From Oscillospiraceae bacterium (lineage in GTDB: Bacteria > Bacillota > Clostridia > Oscillospirales > CAG-272): 39,516 bases of DNA. A program made the translations under genes and the position numbers. The stretch covers positions 1 through 39,516 of the forward strand of contig SVTU01000001.1 in NCBI GenBank assembly GCA_015063655.1, in the 5' to 3' direction. Below the pieces are notes generated by a model. The model ran no database searches. It was not told where the DNA came from and was given only the letters and a program-made list of their open reading frames with translations. Below are positions 33,992 through 39,516 of the stretch, one piece after another (position 1 is the first letter of the stretch; each line of letters opens with the position of its first letter).

Positions 33992-35383
33992 ATGAACAAG
34001 AAGAATTCTTCGGAAAAGTGGAGCTACGGCTACACACCCGAGCAAAAGAAGCGTTTTACCCTTCACGCCATTCTGTTTTTGGTCATGTTCTCCGTTTTAT
34101 ACTGCACGCTCTACTGCATGCGCCAAAACATTACCCTTGGCGGTCAGTATCTTGAGCTTCCCGTCGAGGAGGGCGGCCTTGGTTGGAACAAGGGCACGAT
34201 CGGCATCATGACGAGCGTCCTGTTCTGGACCTATGGCATCGGTCACCTCATCAATGGCAGACTGTCCGAGCGCTTCGGTCCTCATAAGTTTATCATCGGT
34301 GCGATCGTTCTCTCCTTCGGTGCCAACATGCTGATGGGTCTGACAGGCTTTTTGCCCCCCATGCCCGATATCTTCGGCATCAGCAGTCTTGTTCTGATCA
34401 TGGCACTTATTTGGGGACTGAACGGCTACTTCCAGTCCATGGCCTGGAGCTCGGGGCTTGCCGTGCTGACCAACTGGTGGCCGAGCGACCGCCGTGGCTT
34501 TGCCGTGGGCTTTACGCACGCCTTCTCAGGCCTTGGCGGCACGGTTGCCACCATCGCCGTTGCCGTCTCGATGACGGTTGCTGCCAAGCTGGATCTCAAC
34601 CTTGGCTGGCAAGCCATCTTCTTCCTGCCCGCTATTCTGCCCGCTATCATGCTGATCGTCTATCTGCTTTGCTCCCGCCCCTCTCCCGAAAGAGTCGGTC
34701 TGCCTCCCTATCAGGAGAAGTCCGTGCAAAAGAACGAGGAAGAGGAGCACATGAAGGCCATCGTCAGAGAAAAGGGCACTCTATATCCCTACTTCCATCT
34801 TTTGTCTAACCCCAAGTTCCTGATCTTTGTTTTCGTTACCTTCCTGTGCGGCGTGGCTCGCTACGGACTGACACAGTGGATCCCCTACTACTTCACCGCC
34901 GAATACGGCATTGACATTGAGGCCAGCCTCTTCGGCTCGCTCGCCCTGTCCGTGGGTATGGCCGTCGGTACGTTCGTCGTTCCCGTCATTACCGATAAGC
35001 TCTGCCCCACCAACCGCATGCCTGCCGTTATCATCAGCGCCCTGTTGGCGGCCGCCGCCATCGTGGGCTTCCTACCCTTAGACCCCAAGGTCCCCGGGCA
35101 GTTGGTTCTGATCCAGGTGCTGTTGTTTATCGCAGGCTTTGGTATCTACGCCGTTGACGGCATTGCCTTTACCTACGCCACTGACGTTGGTGGCCGTGTG
35201 TTCTCGGGTACGGCCTCGGGCATTTTGGATTTCTCTGCCTACATGGGTGCGGCGATCCAGTCCATCGTATACGGCTTTATCTTCGATCTCAACCATACCA
35301 TCATTTTCTACACCATCGTTGCCTTCTGTGCGGTCAACGCCGCTCTCGCCTTCATCGGCTCTCGCAAGAAAAAACAGGCGTAA
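33992..35383 (+). CDS. MFS transporter, organophosphate:Pi antiporter (sugar-phosphate/glycerol-3-P permease)-like
   Basis: 12-TM pattern with G-x-L-x-D/E-R-F-G-like motif NGRLSERFGPHK. The ATG at 33947 would lie upstream of the predicted TSS, so 33992 is preferred. Confidence 0.75.
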   Translation: MNKKNSSEKWSYGYTPEQKKRFTLHAILFLVMFSVLYCTLYCMRQNITLGGQYLELPVEEGGLGWNKGTIGIMTSVLFWTYGIGHLINGRLSERFGPHKFIIGAIVLSFGANMLMGLTGFLPPMPDIFGISSLVLIMALIWGLNGYFQSMAWSSGLAVLTNWWPSDRRGFAVGFTHAFSGLGGTVATIAVAVSMTVAAKLDLNLGWQAIFFLPAILPAIMLIVYLLCSRPSPERVGLPPYQEKSVQKNEEEEHMKAIVREKGTLYPYFHLLSNPKFLIFVFVTFLCGVARYGLTQWIPYYFTAEYGIDIEASLFGSLALSVGMAVGTFVVPVITDKLCPTNRMPAVIISALLAAAAIVGFLPLDPKVPGQLVLIQVLLFIAGFGIYAVDGIAFTYATDVGGRVFSGTASGILDFSAYMGAAIQSIVYGFIFDLNHTIIFYTIVAFCAVNAALAFIGSRKKKQA

Positions 35384-35402
35384 TCATTGCCTTTGGCATA
35401 CA

Positions 35403-35443
35403 AAAGGACAGAGAATGCATTTGCATTCTCTGTCCTTTTTTTG
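35403..35443. terminator. Bidirectional intrinsic terminator
   Basis: AAAGGACAGAGAATGCA / TGCATTCTCTGTCCTTT stem plus a T-run. Confidence 0.85.
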
Positions 35444-35473
35444 TCGGTAAGCCGTGTATTGAGGCATCCTTCT

Positions 35474-36631
35474 TCAGCGCTTAATGCGCACAAGTCGATC
35501 AAGTCCCGCCTGAAGGCCTCGGCACAGAGCGTCAATATCGCTCGGCGTATTCTCTCGGCCAAGGCTGATGCGAAGCGAGCAATCCGCCTCGTGAGCAGAC
35601 AGCCCGAAGGCGAGCAAGGCATCGCTCGGGTGCGAGGCATGCGACGAGCAGGCCGATCCGCTGGACACACAAAGTCCCTCGGATGACAAAAAGTGAAGCA
35701 TGGTCTCACTCTTGATATGCGGCAGAGTGATATGAAGGATGTGGGGAGCATGACACACGGGCGTGTTGACCGCAATCCCCATGTCACGCACGCGCCTCTC
35801 TCCTTCACTGCGCAGGCTCTCCATAGCGGCAAGCTCCTCCTTGATGCGTGGCGAAAGCTCCGCCACAGCACCGCCAAAGCCCGCAATACCGATCACGTTC
35901 TCGGTTCCCGAGCGCATGCCTCTCTCCTGGCCGCCCCCCACCAAGAACGGCACGAGCCTCTTGGCGGTAAGTATTTTTTTCGATACGTACAACGCACCCA
36001 CGCCCTTCGGCGCATGCACCTTGTGTCCGCTGAGGGTGATCAGATCCGCACCAAGCGTCATCGGTGTAAACGGGGTCTTTAGGAAGCCCTGCACGGCATC
36101 GCAATGCGTGACCGCCTCGGGATATTTTGCCTTGATACGGCGAAATGCCTCTTCTACGTCGTAGCGTGCGCCCGTCTCGTTGTTGACCATCATCATGCTG
36201 GCAAGCAGCACGGGCTTATCCAAGGCCGCATCAAGGGCCGCCATGTCCAACGCTCCGCCCCGTGTGGGAATGCGAACGATCTCAAAGCCATCCTCACTGA
36301 GGCGGGCAAGTGCCTGCGACACGGAGGGATGCTCTGAGTCGGTGGTGATAATGCGGCAGGCCTCCCGCCTCTTCTTGGCATATGCCGTTCCGAAGAGCGC
36401 AAGTGACGTTGCCTCTGTTCCGCACGAGGTGAAGAACAGCTCGCCCTGACGCTCGGCGTGACCGCCAAGCCCCTGCATAACCTGCCTTCTTGCCTGCTCC
36501 AAAAGCTTTTGCGCCCGCAGGCCCTCGATGTGCAGAGACGAGGGATTTCCAAAGCATGTCATGGCCTCCGCCATGGCCTGCCGTGCCCCCTCACACAGCG
36601 GTGTGGTGGCACTGTGATCCAAATATATCAT
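35474..36631 (-). CDS. Cysteine desulfurase (NifS/IscS-type class V aminotransferase)
   Basis: SGHKVHAPKGVGALYV PLP-lysine motif and the active-site SSGSACSS loop. Confidence 0.88.
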   Translation of the reverse strand: MIYLDHSATTPLCEGARQAMAEAMTCFGNPSSLHIEGLRAQKLLEQARRQVMQGLGGHAERQGELFFTSCGTEATSLALFGTAYAKKRREACRIITTDSEHPSVSQALARLSEDGFEIVRIPTRGGALDMAALDAALDKPVLLASMMMVNNETGARYDVEEAFRRIKAKYPEAVTHCDAVQGFLKTPFTPMTLGADLITLSGHKVHAPKGVGALYVSKKILTAKRLVPFLVGGGQERGMRSGTENVIGIAGFGGAVAELSPRIKEELAAMESLRSEGERRVRDMGIAVNTPVCHAPHILHITLPHIKSETMLHFLSSEGLCVSSGSACSSHASHPSDALLAFGLSAHEADCSLRISLGRENTPSDIDALCRGLQAGLDRLVRIKR

Positions 36632-36645
36632 ATGCTCCCCCGCTC

Positions 36646-37644
36646 TTATCGGAAGGTAAAGCTGTCAAGCATAGCATCCACGTCCTCCGCATGAAGGTCA
36701 AAGCACTCGTCAACTGCCGTATAGGTCACCGTGTACACCATATCACGGTATACAAGAATTGTCTGACGGATGCGGAAGCAAACCGTGCCGTCCCATACAC
36801 GGTACACCACGTCCACGGCATCACGGTTGGCAACACGGTACGTACCCTCGGAAAGAACTTCAAAGCCGTCAAGCTCCTCGGCATAGACCTCCCTTACCTC
36901 CTCCCAATGCTCCGCAGCCGTCATCACCTCTGCGGGCGAATACGAGGTCACGCTGACGTTGGAGCGTGTGCTTTCGGGATAATAAGCAAAGCCCGTAGCC
37001 TTCTGTGAGCTGCAAATCCATGCGTTCGGCACGTACAGTCGGTATTCGGTGTCGTCACCCGAGGCGATCTTCATGCCATCGGGCGTATGCTTGTCGGTTA
37101 CGGCGTCGGCATGCGCCTCCTCTCGCTCACGAAGCACGAAGACGTCAAGGATGGACGCTATCTCCTCCGCCACGCCATCGAAGGAGTCGACGGGGACGTA
37201 AAAGCACAGCGTGACCATATCGCCTCGGTATTTCGTGGCATACTGCGTAACGGCATAGTCCACGCCGTTGCGCTCTGCCTTGTATTCAATTCGGTAGGCA
37301 TCCGCTCCGCCAAGCACCGAGCTTTCGGGATTGGAAACAAGCTCGAAATCCGACAAGCGGTCTGCCGCCGACTGCAGGCAAGCCGCAAGGTACGCTTCCA
37401 CGGTCAAATCACCGTCAGAGGGCGTCATATAGTAGGCACTCACCAGCATAGGCTCGGGTACGTTGCGAAATGCTCCCGATATGCCGCTATCGGCGTTGGA
37501 GGTCCAGTTTTCGGGCACGTACAAAATAAACGGCTCTCCGCTGACGGTTACGTCCTTCATGCCCTCCGGCACGTCACTCTTACGGCAAGCCACAGCCCCA
37601 AGACAAATGAGAAGCACCAAGGCAAGGGCTATTACTTTCTTCAT
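36646..37644 (-). CDS. Secreted protein or lipoprotein with two tandem homologous domains
   Basis: Signal peptide MKKVIALALVLLICLGAVAC. Internal repeat: FILYVPENWTSNADSGISGAF... versus YRLYVPNAWICSSQKATGFAYY... Confidence 0.65.
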   Translation of the reverse strand: MKKVIALALVLLICLGAVACRKSDVPEGMKDVTVSGEPFILYVPENWTSNADSGISGAFRNVPEPMLVSAYYMTPSDGDLTVEAYLAACLQSAADRLSDFELVSNPESSVLGGADAYRIEYKAERNGVDYAVTQYATKYRGDMVTLCFYVPVDSFDGVAEEIASILDVFVLREREEAHADAVTDKHTPDGMKIASGDDTEYRLYVPNAWICSSQKATGFAYYPESTRSNVSVTSYSPAEVMTAAEHWEEVREVYAEELDGFEVLSEGTYRVANRDAVDVVYRVWDGTVCFRIRQTILVYRDMVYTVTYTAVDECFDLHAEDVDAMLDSFTFR

Positions 37645-37723
37645 ATTTACACAGCCTTTCATGGGTTATTACCCTATATTATAGCAAAACTCCGTTACAA
37701 TATCAAGTCTCAATTGTTAATTT

Positions 37724-39148
37724 TTAGGACAGCAAGGAGGCCACGATGCGCTTGAAGGCCTCGCCCCTTTGCATAAAGTTGGCAAAGGCATCAAAGCTGG
37801 CGCAGGCTGGCGAGAGCAGCACGCTCTGCCCCGATACCGCCACCGAGGCCGCCAGGCGCACGGCACGCTCGAAGTCAGGCTCTCGCATAATATACGGCAA
37901 GCGCACGCCCTGCTCGGCAAGAGCTTGAAGAGATGCCTCGATCTTCTCTGCCGTAGCCCCCGTCAGCACCACCGTGTGCGCCCGCTCGCAAAGTGCCTCG
38001 GCCAAGGGGGCAAACGGAATGCCCTTATCGTAGCCGCCGCATATAACCACAAGCTCCCCCGAAAGGGCATGCAGAGCGGCGGCCGTTCGTGTGGGGCTGG
38101 AATCAATGGAGCTGTTATAGTATCGCACACCGCCAAGCTCCCGCACAAGCTCCAGGCGGTGCGGCACACCGCCAAAGCGTTTTGCCACGTCTCGGTATAT
38201 CTCAAGCGGCACGTCGCCGTACGACAGAGCAATGGCGGTCATATAATTTTCTACGTTATGTATACCCGGTAACAGGATATCCGCCACGTCAAGCACCCGT
38301 ACTTCATCACGGCCGTCCGAATAGCAGATCGCCCCGCCGTGCAGGTACAGTGCCGCCGAACGCACAGCCCCTGCGGGCAATATCTCACCGACGCTTGCCT
38401 TGTGCGAGGAAAACAGCAGCATATCCCGTCCCCGCTCGCATGCCATGGCCATCGTCTCGGGATTGTCGGCATTGAAAACGGCCACACCGCACCCGTTCAC
38501 CGCTCTTTTCTTGGCCGCCACGTACTCTTCCATATCGGTATGCCAATCAAGATGGTTGGGCGTAACGTTGGTGACGGCAGCCCGTGTAAAGGCATGCGTC
38601 ATATCGCTCAGCTGAAAGCTGGAAAGCTCTAAAACCGCTACGTCCTGCGCCGTCATACTCTCTACCTCGGGCAACAGCGAATGGCCGATATTGCCGCCCA
38701 CAAGGGCACGCCCCTTCCCCTCTCTTCTCTTGGCCTCAGCCAAAAACAGATGAGTAAGCGTGGTGGTGGTGGTCTTTCCGTCGCTTCCCGTTATCGCATA
38801 GATCGGGCAGGGGCAGGAGGCACAAAACAATGCCATCTCTGAGGTCAATATCGTACCCCGTGCCACCGCACGGGCAATGGCGGGTATGTCAGGACGGATC
38901 CCCGGGGAGCGGAAAATCACCTCTCCCGAAAGCCCCTCAAAGCTCGGATTATCCAAGGAGAGCGACACGCCGAGAGCTCTGAGCTCTGCGGCTGTTTCTC
39001 CAAGAGCCGATTCGGTTTTCTTATCGTAGGCCGTCACGCTTGCCCCTGCCTGCACCAGCAGGCGAATGAGCGGCACGTTGGAGATACCGATCCCCAAAAC
39101 GTCACAGCGCACACCTCGAAGCTGTTCAATCCCTGTTATCCGTTCCAT
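37724..39148 (-). CDS. murD: UDP-N-acetylmuramoylalanine--D-glutamate ligase
   Basis: ITGSDGKTTTTTL P-loop and Mur ligase middle and C-terminal blocks. A GGGAGGG RBS supports the start at 39148. Confidence 0.92.
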   Translation of the reverse strand: MERITGIEQLRGVRCDVLGIGISNVPLIRLLVQAGASVTAYDKKTESALGETAAELRALGVSLSLDNPSFEGLSGEVIFRSPGIRPDIPAIARAVARGTILTSEMALFCASCPCPIYAITGSDGKTTTTTLTHLFLAEAKRREGKGRALVGGNIGHSLLPEVESMTAQDVAVLELSSFQLSDMTHAFTRAAVTNVTPNHLDWHTDMEEYVAAKKRAVNGCGVAVFNADNPETMAMACERGRDMLLFSSHKASVGEILPAGAVRSAALYLHGGAICYSDGRDEVRVLDVADILLPGIHNVENYMTAIALSYGDVPLEIYRDVAKRFGGVPHRLELVRELGGVRYYNSSIDSSPTRTAAALHALSGELVVICGGYDKGIPFAPLAEALCERAHTVVLTGATAEKIEASLQALAEQGVRLPYIMREPDFERAVRLAASVAVSGQSVLLSPACASFDAFANFMQRGEAFKRIVASLLS

Positions 39149-39178
39149 CGCAATCCCTCCCAAAGCACTCTATGTATT

Positions 39179-39207
39179 ATTATATACGCACACGGACTAA
39201 AATGCAA
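39179..39207 (-). promoter_or_regulatory. Sigma-A promoter (TTGCAT-N17-TATAAT) for murD
   Basis: On the minus strand the -35 is at 39207-39202 and the -10 at 39184-39179. Confidence 0.55.
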
Positions 39208-39227
39208 GGGATAATTGCAAGATTCCA

Positions 39228-39267
39228 CCAAAATGGGACTGTCTCACATGCTCCTTGAGACAGTCCC
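39228..39267 (-). terminator. Intrinsic terminator after the SGNH-like gene
   Basis: GGGACTGTCTCA / TGAGACAGTCCC 12-bp stem followed by ATTTTGG on the minus strand. Confidence 0.75.
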
Positions 39268-39281
39268 GTACGATATGAATA

Positions 39282-39516
39282 TTATAGCTCGGATAGAATG
39301 GCCAAGATCCGCTGTGAAATACGTTCCGCTATGGTCTGCATACCGAGGTCGGACGGGTGATTGGCCACGCCCCTGTGCTCAAACTGACCGAGTGCCTTCA
39401 TTTCGTCCATCTCGCCGAGATCGCTCAGCTCAAGGCAGGGCAAGCCCCGCTCCCGTGCGTAAAGCAGGATATCCTCGTTACCGGGGTGACGCCAAAAGCC
39501 CGTTGTCAGCACCACG
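39282..39516 (-). CDS. SGNH/GDSL-type hydrolase, C-terminal part (the gene continues past the right edge)
   Basis: The C-terminal block GVANHPSDLGMQTIAERI resembles SGNH block V (DxxHP..G). Confidence 0.5.
   Translation of the reverse strand, partial: VVLTTGFWRHPGNEDILLYARERGLPCLELSDLGEMDEMKALGQFEHRGVANHPSDLGMQTIAERISQRILAILSEL

Noticed and set aside
1-39516. A search for CRISPR arrays, tRNA or rRNA genes, transposases or integrases, reverse transcriptases, toxin-antitoxin pairs and known defence gene signatures.
   Set aside because: None was seen. No regularly spaced direct repeats, no cloverleaf-like intergenic sequence, and no DDE, tyrosine/serine recombinase or RT motifs appear among the ORF translations.

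Overview
The window reads as core chromosome of a moderately GC-rich Firmicute, probably a member of the Clostridia. Support for this: a Bacillus-type long SRP RNA followed by dnaX-ybaB-recR, plus Rex, DnaD/DnaI-type replication genes, DUF4364, and many near-consensus sigma-A promoters. About 85% of the window is housekeeping: comEB-rimI-tsaD, rex-dnaD-like-dnaI, U32 peptidase-uppP-Toprim, a long minus-strand block nagA-membrane protein-metG-gpsA-tatD, SRP RNA-dnaX-ybaB-recR, hom, recA-recX, a Ca-type P-type ATPase, a TetR/MFS pair, a NifS-like desulfurase and murD. I found no CRISPR array, tRNA or rRNA gene, transposase, integrase, or recognisable multi-gene defence system. Six places are not explained by ordinary annotation. 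(1) A low-GC islet lies between the nagA promoter and recR. It holds a decayed HD-domain gene, a mismatch-free 76-bp spacer-less palindrome, and a DUF559 (Vsr-like) endonuclease gene bracketed by roughly 44-bp imperfect inverted hairpin repeats. (2) A strong promoter drives a roughly 165-nt structured leader. The leader has a long-range helix, an intrinsic terminator and an antiterminator-like duplicate segment, and it sits directly in front of a 61-aa Cys4 microprotein gene. (3) A second promoter drives a roughly 108-nt terminated RNA in front of a strikingly AT-rich lipoprotein gene. (4) At the left edge there is a phage/ICE-like switch: a CI-like XRE-S24 repressor divergent from a translationally coupled nine-Cys protein and a sigma region-4-like regulator. 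(5) A cluster encodes DUF4364, a SigH-like sigma factor and a double zinc-ribbon protein. (6) There are tandem GH39-like paralogues. All functional calls come from reading motifs by eye; no database search was possible.
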